This document shows positions 24,581 through 31,924 of a stretch of 32,000 bases of DNA, one piece after another. The position numbers were made by a program, and so were the translations under genes. This DNA comes from Breznakia sp. PF5-3 (lineage in GTDB: Bacteria > Bacillota_I > Bacilli_A > Erysipelotrichales > Erysipelotrichaceae), in NCBI RefSeq assembly GCF_029504745.1, contig NZ_JAQFIQ010000004.1, positions 1 through 32,000 on the forward strand, read 5' to 3'. How positions within the stretch are numbered: the first letter of the stretch is position 1; every line of letters begins with the position of its first letter. The notes under the pieces are model-generated. The model saw only the letters and a list, made by a program, of their open reading frames with translations, did no database searches and had not been told where the DNA came from.

Positions 24581-25093
24581 AATTTCTAATTCTTTTTCAT
24601 CACCTTGTAAGGTTTTAATAATTAACAAAGCAAAGTCGATAACGGCTGCAGCACTTCTACCTGTAATTAACTTATCATCAATTGCGGTGTACATGTCAAT
24701 ATAAATACCTCCAAAGTCTTCATTCATACTTGTAAAGCAAGTATAATATTTGTTTTTAAGATATCCCATACGACCTAATATCGTTGGCGCAGCACAGATA
24801 GCAGCAACATACTTGTCTTTATCAAAGAAGTGTTTAATCACTTGTTTAACATCCTCATTATCTTCAAGCTCGCGATAATGAGGACCTCCTGGAAGGAATA
24901 AACAATTGTAGTGATTAAAATCCAAGTCTTGCAAATTATGAAGCTTAGAGATGGTGTTTTGGTATTTTCCTGTAGCCTCAGTACCATGAATTGTGTACAC
25001 ATCAACTTCTAGACCTGAACGTCTTAATAAAGCAATTGTACCAATTGCTTCTACTTCCTCAAAACCATTTGTTAGAATACATAATATTTTCAT
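24551..25093 (-). CDS. DJ-1/PfpI (ThiJ) family protein
   Basis: 180 aa. Starts MKILCILTNGFEEVEA and has the nucleophile-elbow cysteine in AAICAAP. SD is AGGAGG. Confidence 0.85.
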   Translation of the reverse strand: MKILCILTNGFEEVEAIGTIALLRRSGLEVDVYTIHGTEATGKYQNTISKLHNLQDLDFNHYNCLFLPGGPHYRELEDNEDVKQVIKHFFDKDKYVAAICAAPTILGRMGYLKNKYYTCFTSMNEDFGGIYIDMYTAIDDKLITGRSAAAVIDFALLIIKTLQGDEKELEIKQEIYYEKN

Positions 25094-25144
25094 ATTTTTC
25101 CTCCTACCATTTATATAAATTTATTATATCATGAGACTAGAATA

Positions 25145-25153
25145 TGCTATAAT
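25145..25153 (+). promoter_or_regulatory. extended -10 promoter (TGCTATAAT) for tRNA-Arg
   Basis: TATGCTATAAT lies 11 nt upstream of the tRNA 5' end. It is identical to the ssrA promoter element. Confidence 0.55.
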
Positions 25154-25163
25154 AATAACGCAT

Positions 25164-25240
25164 GTGCCTGTGGCGCAATTGGATAGCGTTTTTGATTCCG
25201 ATTCAAAAGGTTGCAGGTTCGAGTCCTGTCAGGCACGCCA
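25164..25240 (+). tRNA. tRNA-Arg (anticodon CCG), CCA encoded
   Basis: Manual cloverleaf fold. Acceptor GTGCCTG/CAGGCAC, D arm GCGC-aattggata-GCGT, anticodon arm TTTGA-ttCCGat-TCAAA, T arm GCAGG-ttcgagt-CCTGT, discriminator G, CCA. Total 77 nt. Confidence 0.9.
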
Positions 25241-25244
25241 TATA
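25226..25244 (+). repeat. direct repeat copy 1 (attL-like): CTGTCAGGCACGCCATATA
   Basis: Last 15 nt of tRNA-Arg(CCG) plus TATA. It is identical to 26903-26921. Confidence 0.9.
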
Positions 25245-25251
25245 CAAAAAT

Positions 25252-25277
25252 AACTCCTATTTTAGGAGTTTTATTTA
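25252..25277 (+). terminator. intrinsic terminator just inside the insertion, after tRNA-Arg(CCG)
   Basis: AACTCCT-atttt-AGGAGTT followed by TTATTTAT. Confidence 0.6.
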
Positions 25278-25538
25278 TGTCGACTGTCTTTTAGAATGAT
25301 TTTTGATAAATTATTAATTATACTTTCTAAATCAATTTAACCTTCTTTTCTATTAACTCCACTTAACTATCCAAAAATTCCAATAAATTGTCAATTTTTC
25401 CAAAGTGTTACCAAATGTCACGTTTCACCGACCATTTTTATCTGTTTTCCCACAAGAAAATATTTCTATGATATACTTTTGTCATTGAATTAAATATGAT
25501 TAAAGAAATATTTGGTAAAAGGAAAAAAGGAGAGTTCA

Positions 25539-25751
25539 ATGGGAAATGAATTATTAATAATGTTGATTATGTTATCTAGTATTTGCATATTTGATGGATT
25601 TCGTATTAAGGCGGAAGAAATGTATTCACAAGGTAAAATGTTTATAAAAACGGTATATGCTAATTGGGTTATTAATATTAGAGTATCAGTAACCATAACT
25701 ACAAAATCTAGACCACAACATATACTCACTATTGAAAATGAAAAAAATTAA
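25539..25751 (+). CDS. hypothetical 70-aa protein with N-terminal hydrophobic segment
   Basis: The ATG at 25539 is 6 nt after a GGAG in AAAAGGAGAG. Starts MGNELLIMLIMLSSICIF. Its 3' end overlaps the lipoprotein start by 14 nt, and the lipoprotein has no SD of its own, which suggests coupling. Confidence 0.35.
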   Translation: MGNELLIMLIMLSSICIFDGFRIKAEEMYSQGKMFIKTVYANWVINIRVSVTITTKSRPQHILTIENEKN

Positions 25752-26667
25752 ATACATAATATCTATACTCATCTTATTTTTAGTATCATGTGAATCAAAA
25801 ACGGAATCTTTGTATATTTCATTTACATTAACAAAAGAAGAAAATAATGAATTAATAAGTGAGGTTTATTATATTGATTTACAAACAGAGGAAGTAAAAA
25901 AAATAGTTGAAGTTCCATATACGTCACAATATCCTCTAACTGCATATAGTAAAAGAGAAAATGTGGTCTACTATACAGCAAAAGATGAAACTGGAAATGC
26001 AGATCAAGTGTATAAATATGATTTAGAAAAACAAGAAATTACTCAATTAACTGATAGTTTCTTTGCTATAAACTATATCATACCAACTGACACAAAAATA
26101 TTTATAGGCGGAATTCCATTGAATGCCAACCATTTTTCAGTAAGACCTTTTGTGTATGATATTGACACAAAGAGATTAAAAGACTTAACTTGGGATGAAG
26201 ACTTAAATTTTTCTTTTATCAATTATGACCCAGTTAATAATGATTATATTGCATCTGCATATTCATCAACAGACGAAAAGTTAAGAATTTCTAATCAAGA
26301 TATTAAACCATATGAACCAGGAACAAACTATCTTTACAGATTTAATGAAAGTAATCATAAGCAGTTATTGAAAAGCGATGGAATTGAAATTGATGCTGTA
26401 GCAATTAATGGTGATAATAACTATTTTTCAAATCAAAGAACATTTCTTCATAGAATAAAATCAAGTAAATCAGAAAAGGATTATGAAAATCTGGATTGGG
26501 ATAATTGGTCGTATGAAGCACTTATTTATGTTGATGATAAATATGCTTACTTTATAAATGATAGAACAATATTTAAATATGATATAGACAGCAAAGAAAA
26601 TAAAGTGATTTTTGAAGATAACAAAGATGAAAGAAAAATTAATAACGCAATTATTTTGTCAGAATGA
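25738..26667 (+). CDS. lipoprotein with TolB/PD40-like beta-propeller repeats
   Basis: MKKIKYIISILILFLVSC carries a lipobox. Repeat-like segments such as VYYTAKDETGNADQVYKYDLEKQEITQLTD are present. The track ORF begins at a TTG at 25732; the ATG at 25738 is preferred. Confidence 0.7.
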   Translation: MKKIKYIISILILFLVSCESKTESLYISFTLTKEENNELISEVYYIDLQTEEVKKIVEVPYTSQYPLTAYSKRENVVYYTAKDETGNADQVYKYDLEKQEITQLTDSFFAINYIIPTDTKIFIGGIPLNANHFSVRPFVYDIDTKRLKDLTWDEDLNFSFINYDPVNNDYIASAYSSTDEKLRISNQDIKPYEPGTNYLYRFNESNHKQLLKSDGIEIDAVAINGDNNYFSNQRTFLHRIKSSKSEKDYENLDWDNWSYEALIYVDDKYAYFINDRTIFKYDIDSKENKVIFEDNKDERKINNAIILSE

Positions 26668-26680
26668 ATTATAAATATTT

Positions 26681-26705
26681 GGGCTAGGTTTTCCTAGTCC
26701 TTTTT
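26681..26705 (+). terminator. intrinsic terminator after the lipoprotein gene
   Basis: GGGCTAGG-tttt-CCTAGTCC followed by TTTTT. Confidence 0.75.
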
Positions 26706-26833
26706 AGTGCTTTTATATACGATACATTAATTGATCTAAATGATAATATTGGTATAAAGGGAACATTAATATTATTGAATAACTATACCTATTTTTGGAT
26801 ATAATTGATATGAAAGATCTAAATCAAATAGAA

Positions 26834-26862
26834 TTGAATAGTAAAAAAAAGTAGTATATAAT
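26834..26862 (+). promoter_or_regulatory. near-consensus promoter at the right end of the insertion, reading into tRNA-Arg(CCU)
   Basis: TTGAAT (26834-26839), exact 17-nt spacer, then TATAAT (26857-26862). Confidence 0.6.
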
Positions 26863-26902
26863 AGGATTTGGAAACCTTTGATAGAATAAACTAATTTTGA
26901 AT

Positions 26903-26921
26903 CTGTCAGGCACGCCATATA
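26903..26921 (+). repeat. direct repeat copy 2 (attR-like): CTGTCAGGCACGCCATATA
   Basis: Identical to 25226-25244. It ends 1 nt before tRNA-Arg(CCU). Confidence 0.9.
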
Positions 26922-26922
26922 T

Positions 26923-26997
26923 GCCTCCGTAGTTAAATGGATATAACAAGCCCCTCCTAAGGGCTAGTTGTGAGTTCGATTCTCGCCGGGGGTGCCA
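26923..26997 (+). tRNA. tRNA-Arg (anticodon CCU), CCA encoded
   Basis: Manual fold. Acceptor GCCTCCG/CGGGGGT (two G-U pairs), D arm GTTA-aatggata-TAAC, anticodon arm AGCCC-ctCCTaa-GGGCT, T arm GTGAG-ttcgatt-CTCGC, discriminator G, CCA. Total 75 nt. Confidence 0.85.
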
Positions 26998-27008
26998 TAA
27001 AAAAATAA

Positions 27009-27050
27009 AGCTGAAATTCTTTGTATCAAGGAATTCAGCTTTTCATTTTT
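27009..27050. terminator. bidirectional terminator between the tRNA (+) and the 161-aa gene (-)
   Basis: AGCTGAAATTCTTTG / CAAGGAATTCAGCT form an imperfect stem flanked by an A-run (26998-27008) and a T-run (27041-27050). Confidence 0.65.
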
Positions 27051-27053
27051 CTA

Positions 27054-27539
27054 TCATAAAAGTGTTTTTCGTACACTAACTTCTTTAGAAACTAATTTAT
27101 CTATATGTTCTGCATTTTCATTTGTCAATTGAAAGAACATTCCATCATTTCTACATTTTTTATGTATATCACCATTTAGGTTATAAACAAATCCTCGAAC
27201 ACAAACAGGACTACAAGCATTAGGATCGATAAGTCTTGCACAGTCACGGGACATAATCATTTTCTTTTGCATATTAGTAGGAAGAGAAGTTATTATATCT
27301 TTATCTTTACAAGCGTTATCACCATAAATTCGGGCCATCATACCCGCTTTACGAAATATCCAATTCATAACAGATTTCTTCTTCAGTTGGTATGTAACAG
27401 TATAGCCACTTTTTGCTTTTTTGATTACAAGGTCACAGCCTTGTTTAATAAGTTTTTGATTAAGTTTTTCAACAAATGCTTGATGTTCTGGTGTAACTGT
27501 CAATAGAAACTCATTGAATGAATTTAGTTCTTTTGTCAT
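27054..27539 (-). CDS. hypothetical Cys-rich protein (161 aa)
   Basis: AAGGAG SD. The N-terminal half is loosely DUF1801/YdhG-like by eye. The C-terminal half has a CARLIDPNACSPVC...KKC cysteine cluster. No firm family assignment. Confidence 0.6.
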   Translation of the reverse strand: MTKELNSFNEFLLTVTPEHQAFVEKLNQKLIKQGCDLVIKKAKSGYTVTYQLKKKSVMNWIFRKAGMMARIYGDNACKDKDIITSLPTNMQKKMIMSRDCARLIDPNACSPVCVRGFVYNLNGDIHKKCRNDGMFFQLTNENAEHIDKLVSKEVSVRKTLL

Positions 27540-27775
27540 TGTTTTCGCTCCTTAAATTGCAATTTATTTATATGATTATATTATAGAGGCATTATAGAAG
27601 CTATACAAGTTGTTTGAACTCTTCCAAAAAAGTTTTAATGTAGTATTATTTACTGTTTTAGATCTGTTTATCAGCATTTTTGATGTATATGGAAGTTGGT
27701 AAAGGATATTAAATTTTATATATAAATAGTTTATTCTAGAAGATTAAACACAATAGAATCTGTTATCAATGTTTA

Positions 27776-27989
27776 TCATGCACTTTGAGAAAACTGACTA
27801 TTATATATATCTGTATATGTACCATTATTTGCAAGTAGTGCTTGATGTTTCTTGTTTCAACAATATTTTCTCTCTCCATCACAATGATACTATCGGCATC
27901 ATAAATGGTAGATAATCTATGTGCAACTACAAAACTAGTACGCCCTTTTAATAAGCGTTTCATAGCTTCTTGAATTGGCTATCTCGTTT
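27776..27989 (-). pseudogene. remnant of an ABC exporter ATPase/permease gene (C-terminal ~70 codons only, disrupted)
   Basis: Reads ..[35 protein letters not shown].. There is an in-frame TAG just upstream of PIQEAM. A frameshift near 27845-27860 leads into a second frame giving the canonical tail [23 protein letters not shown], with its stop at 27776. Walker A/B and the TM domain are absent. Confidence 0.75.
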
Positions 27990-28346
27990 TTAGTTACAAA
28001 ATTCCACCATGATACCTGCAGGATCCGTAATTTTAAAGTTTGTTGGCATTGGACCAGTTGAGTGAATCTCACTTGGGATATATCCAAGTGAGATTGCTTT
28101 TTCACGTAAAGTTTTTAAATCACCATCATGTTTAAAAGCTAAAACCATACCCTCACTTTTAAATGGAGCGCCTTGTTTAAATTGGATAAATTCTAACATA
28201 GTTTCTCCTTTATCATTGGCTAAAAAGCAAATTTCACCAATTGGTGGACTAAGCCGAAATTGAATCGTTAAGTTTACCAATTCTGTATAAAATGTTATTG
28301 ATTTTTCGATATCAGGAACGCTAAATGTAATATGTTTTAATTTCAT
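27990..28346 (-). CDS. VOC-family (glyoxalase/bleomycin-resistance/dioxygenase fold) protein
   Basis: 118 aa. Starts MKLKHITFSVPDIEKSITFYTELV. The AAGGAG SD lies within the end of the MATE gene, and the start is 2 nt after the MATE stop. Confidence 0.8.
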   Translation of the reverse strand: MKLKHITFSVPDIEKSITFYTELVNLTIQFRLSPPIGEICFLANDKGETMLEFIQFKQGAPFKSEGMVLAFKHDGDLKTLREKAISLGYIPSEIHSTGPMPTNFKITDPAGIMVEFCN

Positions 28347-28348
28347 AT

Positions 28349-29779
28349 CTAAACTCCTTTTTCATTTTGTTTATATTGAATAATATTTTGAGTAAGTTTT
28401 TCACTTGATGCATAGGGTTCAACTTTAGTTAATGGAGCTATGTTTTTTTGAAAAACATCTTTCCAAAGTATATGGCAGATAATGGCACTTAAGGAATATG
28501 CAGTAGGAAAAGCAATCCATACATAGTTTATATTTCCGCTTAGTGAAAAAATATACACAAGAGGAATAAGCAGTATTATCTGTCGAGTTATAGAACAAAT
28601 TAAGCTGGATAGATTTCTTCCTACGGTTTGAAAGCTTGTTTGATTAATTAAACAAAAACCTTCAAAAATGAAAGATACACTAATAATACGAAGTGCAGGG
28701 ATACCTATTTTTTTCATTTCCTCAGAAGCTCCAAAAAGATCCAAAAGTTGATTTGGAAATATTTGAATACTTAGTATTCCTGCAAAAATAATAATTAGCA
28801 TATACACAAAAGCATAAAATCGTGTTTTCAAAACGCGCTTTCTTTGTCTTGCACCAAAATTGTACGACATGATTGGTAACATTCCATTTGTTAGTCCATA
28901 AATAGGCATGAACACAAAATTTTGGAGTCTAGCGCAAATACCATATACAGCCATGACAGTAGTAGAGAAAGACAATAATATACCATTTACTAAAAAGTTC
29001 GTTACAGAACCAATCGCTTGCATTACCATTGCAGGAAGACCAATTTTGTATATTTCTTTTACAATTGTAATATTAAACTTAAACTGTGTAAGAGATAATT
29101 TAAGGTCTTTATTGTAATGTTGATGAAATACAAATGCACATATAAATGCAATTGTTTGTCCAATAACTGTAGCTAGTGCTGCTCCTTTGGCACCAAGAGC
29201 AGGAAAGCTACCCAACCCAAAGATAAACAGAGGGTCAAGAACAATGTTTATAATAGCACCAATTATTTGTGAAATCATTGAAAGCATTGACTTACCGTTT
29301 GCTTGTAGAAGTTTTTCAAATAACTGTTGCCCAAAAAGAGAAAATGAAAAAACCATACAAATAAACATATAATCACTGCCATAAGCGATTATCTTTGGGT
29401 CTGTTGTTTGAAGCGAAAAAAATGAATGTGAAAAAAATAATCCAATAAAAAGTGTTATTAAGTATGATAATAAAATTAATAGTGCACCGTGCTGTACAAT
29501 CGCTTTTACTTTCTCATGATTCTTTTGCCCTAGAGTACGTGATAGAAATGTATTGATGCCAATACAGGTACCAATGCCTATGGCAATCATTAAGGTTTGA
29601 ACAGGAACGGTGAGTGATACAGCACTCAGCGCCTTTTCGCTAAATCTGGAGATATAAATTGAATCTACAACGTTGTAGAGAGCTTGTACCATCATGGAAA
29701 ACATGATGGGTGTGGAAACAAAGAGTAAGAGTTTACTTACTGGAGTTGTTTCCATTTTGTTAATTTTGGTTGTCCTCAT
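28349..29779 (-). CDS. MATE-family efflux transporter
   Basis: The ATG at 29779 follows an AAGGAAGGA SD and gives MRTTKINKMETTPVSKLLLFVSTPIMFSMMVQALYNVVDSIYISRF with about 12 TM segments. The 37-codon upstream extension in the track (TTG at 29890) runs through the leader hairpins and is rejected. Confidence 0.88.
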   Translation of the reverse strand: MRTTKINKMETTPVSKLLLFVSTPIMFSMMVQALYNVVDSIYISRFSEKALSAVSLTVPVQTLMIAIGIGTCIGINTFLSRTLGQKNHEKVKAIVQHGALLILLSYLITLFIGLFFSHSFFSLQTTDPKIIAYGSDYMFICMVFSFSLFGQQLFEKLLQANGKSMLSMISQIIGAIINIVLDPLFIFGLGSFPALGAKGAALATVIGQTIAFICAFVFHQHYNKDLKLSLTQFKFNITIVKEIYKIGLPAMVMQAIGSVTNFLVNGILLSFSTTVMAVYGICARLQNFVFMPIYGLTNGMLPIMSYNFGARQRKRVLKTRFYAFVYMLIIIFAGILSIQIFPNQLLDLFGASEEMKKIGIPALRIISVSFIFEGFCLINQTSFQTVGRNLSSLICSITRQIILLIPLVYIFSLSGNINYVWIAFPTAYSLSAIICHILWKDVFQKNIAPLTKVEPYASSEKLTQNIIQYKQNEKGV

Positions 29780-29804
29780 AATAATCCTTCCTTTCAAAAA
29801 AGAC

Positions 29805-29872
29805 AAAAAAGTGGGTATTTCTACCACACTCCAAAACACAAAAAAAGGAGTGGGTATATTCCTCCACACTCC
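29805..29872 (-). promoter_or_regulatory. tandem duplicated terminator-like hairpins in the MATE leader (candidate attenuator)
   Basis: Transcribed strand copy 1: GGAGTGTGG-aggaatata-CCCACTCC-TTTTTTT (29872-29840). Copy 2: GGAGTGTGG-tagaaata-CCCAC-TTTTTT (29832-29805). The SD and ATG follow about 20 nt later. Confidence 0.55.
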
Positions 29873-29968
29873 AGATACAAAGGTATACAACCTTAAGTAA
29901 CAATTTTAAAATATTTAATTTTAATACCTACACTTTGAGATAGTGTATAGTTTTACTATCCTTTGCAT

Positions 29969-29997
29969 ATGATACGGTTTTTAAAAATAATTGTCAA
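29969..29997 (-). promoter_or_regulatory. sigma-A promoter of the MATE-VOC operon
   Basis: On the minus strand: TTGACA (29997-29992), 17-nt spacer, then TATCAT (29974-29969). Confidence 0.6.
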
Positions 29998-30107
29998 GTA
30001 TTAAAAAGAACTTGATAAAATATGAGTTTTTAATATTTAAAAGTTCCATATGAATTTTTTCTATGAAGATAAACAATACACAAAATTCAATAACCCGAAG
30101 TTTACTT

Positions 30108-30482
30108 CTATGCTTCTACAATTTTATAACCTGCATGGTTTAGAGCGTCTATCGCTTTTTGATAGTTTTCTTCTTTCGTTAATATATAATCTGTATTAAA
30201 TGTTGAGATTGCAAAAATGCCAATCTTATTCTCTGCTAAAATACCAGAAATTTTAGCTAATATTCCAATTAATGAAAAATCTAACGTTCCCTGAATACGA
30301 AAAGCTTTCCAACCATCATCTCTTTCGGATATGTTAGTTGGTATTTTATTGGTTGGACACACTAACGAGTTTTCTTCATCTGTTTTTCCAGTAAAACAAA
30401 ACTCAGCATTCAAATCTACAAGTGAATAATCCGCCACTTTACATACTGAAAAATCATAATCTATCTTTTTTATTTCCATCAT
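30108..30482 (-). CDS. ACT domain-containing protein (ACT_7/CASTOR-like small regulatory protein)
   Basis: FSVCKV...LVCP...DGWKAFRIQGTLDFSLIGILAKISGILAENKIGIFAISTFNTDYILTKEE matches the family pattern. The GAGGA SD favours the ATG at 30482 or 30479 over the track start at 30494. Confidence 0.75.
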   Translation of the reverse strand: MMEIKKIDYDFSVCKVADYSLVDLNAEFCFTGKTDEENSLVCPTNKIPTNISERDDGWKAFRIQGTLDFSLIGILAKISGILAENKIGIFAISTFNTDYILTKEENYQKAIDALNHAGYKIVEA

Positions 30483-30519
30483 CAATTTCCTCATATTTCT
30501 TCATTATATTATACCAGTA

Positions 30520-30930
30520 TTATTTTTCATTTGTACTTCCAATTTCAATTAAGTTTCCTTCAGGATCTGCAACATAAAAATTTCGAATTCCAAAAGGATA
30601 TGTTGTTGGTTCTCCAGCAGGAAAGGGAACATCTAATTTGGATAATCTTTCATATTCTATATCTACATCTTCATAAGTAGGTAACCAAAAGGCAATCTCA
30701 AAGGATTGATTTATTCCTTTTGAAGGAATGTAAGGCTCATTAAATGTCTTTACAAATTCTTTTCTACTATAAAGCCATAATGCAAGATATCCACTTGCCG
30801 TTTTTATCTCTGCAAAATCATCGCCAAGCCACTCTGCTTGAAACCCCAATGTTTCATTATAAAATTTTACCATTTTAACCATATCATCTGCTAATAAAGC
30901 TGTTCCTACTTTTACACAATCACCATTCAT
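30520..30930 (-). CDS. VOC-family / glyoxalase-bleomycin-resistance-like protein
   Basis: 136 aa. MVKFYNETLGF...FEIAFWL...FYVADPEGNLIEI shows the beta-alpha-beta-beta-beta module pattern. SD is AGGAGG. Confidence 0.75.
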   Translation of the reverse strand: MNGDCVKVGTALLADDMVKMVKFYNETLGFQAEWLGDDFAEIKTASGYLALWLYSRKEFVKTFNEPYIPSKGINQSFEIAFWLPTYEDVDIEYERLSKLDVPFPAGEPTTYPFGIRNFYVADPEGNLIEIGSTNEK

Positions 30931-30989
30931 TGCTAATTACCTCCTAACATTACTCATATTATAAAGGAATATAATTTATCAAACAATAT

Positions 30990-31021
30990 TAAAAACAGTC
31001 AATTTAAATGGATTGACTGTT
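30990..31021 (-). terminator. intrinsic terminator after the HEAT-like gene
   Basis: AACAGTCAAT (30994-31003) pairs with ATTGACTGTT (31012-31021). On the minus strand it is followed by a T-run (the A-run at 30990-30995 on plus). Confidence 0.7.
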
Positions 31022-31048
31022 AGAGTACATAATAAATAATTGAAGATA

Positions 31049-31495
31049 TTACCATGTGTTTTGTTGGATTTGTCGAATTGCTTTTTGTCTATCTTGATAG
31101 ATTAATTTTTGCATACTATCGTTGTATACCTTATCAAAAGTTTGTAAAGATTCAAGAATTTTATCAGTCAATTCAGGTTTGTTTTGAGCGATGATATAAG
31201 TATCTTTTATACATTGTCGTGATGTTATTGGTTTTTCATCTTCTATGTGTGTTAAGTATTCATCAATAACAAGATTGATCTTATTTTCATTATCCCATTT
31301 TGAATTGAAAGCAATTAAACGCAATCCTCTTGTTCTGATATAAGAATTTGAATTGCTCATCATAGCAACAAATTCATCGAAATATGCATATACTTCATCT
31401 GATTTGCTACTTATCTCTAAAAGTTCTTTTAAAGCTTTATAAGCAACTGTGTTATCTGAATTGGATAGTAATGAAATTTTTTCATCGAGATTCAT
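31049..31495 (-). CDS. hypothetical all-helical protein, HEAT/AlkD-like repeat appearance
   Basis: 148 aa with a GGAGG SD. Helical-repeat character (AYKALKELLEIS..., IRTRGLRLIA...). The family guess is weak. Confidence 0.55.
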   Translation of the reverse strand: MNLDEKISLLSNSDNTVAYKALKELLEISSKSDEVYAYFDEFVAMMSNSNSYIRTRGLRLIAFNSKWDNENKINLVIDEYLTHIEDEKPITSRQCIKDTYIIAQNKPELTDKILESLQTFDKVYNDSMQKLIYQDRQKAIRQIQQNTW

Positions 31496-31551
31496 ATCGC
31501 ACCTCCTAAATGTGAAGTTCTTGTTTAAACGGTTCTAATATGCAAGAAGTA

Positions 31552-31845
31552 TTAATCTTTTTTATTCTTAAAAGCCAATCTTCCAGAAATAGCGCTCAGT
31601 ATAATTAAACCAATACCTATGGTATCTACAAGCGAAAATGCTGTTTTATGTCTATTTCCAACTAAAAGTGAGCGTCCAAAAGTTCCACCATAATATAAAT
31701 AAATAATATAACTACCATATGCTAGAAAAACAACAGAAATCGTTAATATGAGTATTTGATTAATGCGCTCACCTTTCGAATTGCGCCCAAATAAAGAGCT
31801 ATACAATCCAGATATTCCTATCAATATTAGCATAAAAGCTACCAT
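31552..31845 (-). CDS. hypothetical small membrane protein (3 TM)
   Basis: 97 aa with a GGAGGG SD. The sequence is hydrophobic throughout. Confidence 0.6.
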   Translation of the reverse strand: MVAFMLILIGISGLYSSLFGRNSKGERINQILILTISVVFLAYGSYIIYLYYGGTFGRSLLVGNRHKTAFSLVDTIGIGLIILSAISGRLAFKNKKD

Positions 31846-31924
31846 ATAATGGCCCTCCTTTTAAATGTTTTTACGCTTACTATGAGTTTATTATAATCAA
31901 TTGTATAAGAAATTGAAATATTTT

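Larger units (their letters stand above)
25245..26921 (+). mobile_element. integrase-less inserted segment (decayed tRNA-targeting island or cargo remnant)
   Basis: Bounded by perfect 19-bp direct repeats of the tRNA 3' end. It interrupts what would otherwise be a tRNA-Arg/tRNA-Arg tandem with a 5-nt spacer. No recombinase ORF lies inside. Confidence 0.55.

Noticed and set aside
25280-25480. Integrase C-terminal remnant at the left end of the tRNA insertion
   Set aside because: All three minus-strand frames are broken by stops every 10-25 codons. The short peptides (for example VTFGNTLEKLTIYWNFWIVKWS) show no R..H..R..Y catalytic-domain signature I can defend.
27766-27963. 65-aa ORF called as an intact small gene
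   Set aside because: Its first 40 residues are the tail of an ABC ATPase (VAHRLSTI...). The remainder is out of frame relative to the canonical ending found in another frame. It is treated as a pseudogene fragment.
29780-29890. 37-codon N-terminal extension of the MATE gene (TTG at 29890)
   Set aside because: The extension is translated through two U-run terminator hairpins, which explains its internally repeated peptide. It has no SD, whereas the ATG at 29779 has AAGGAAGGA and gives the normal MATE N-terminus.
25490-29900. Antisense or alternative-frame ORFs 25490-25729(-), 27267-27506(+), 28908-29117(+), 29187-29372(+) and 29694-29900(+)
   Set aside because: They are nested opposite the 70-aa ORF, the 161-aa gene, or the MATE gene and its leader. 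They have no SD and no recognisable domains.
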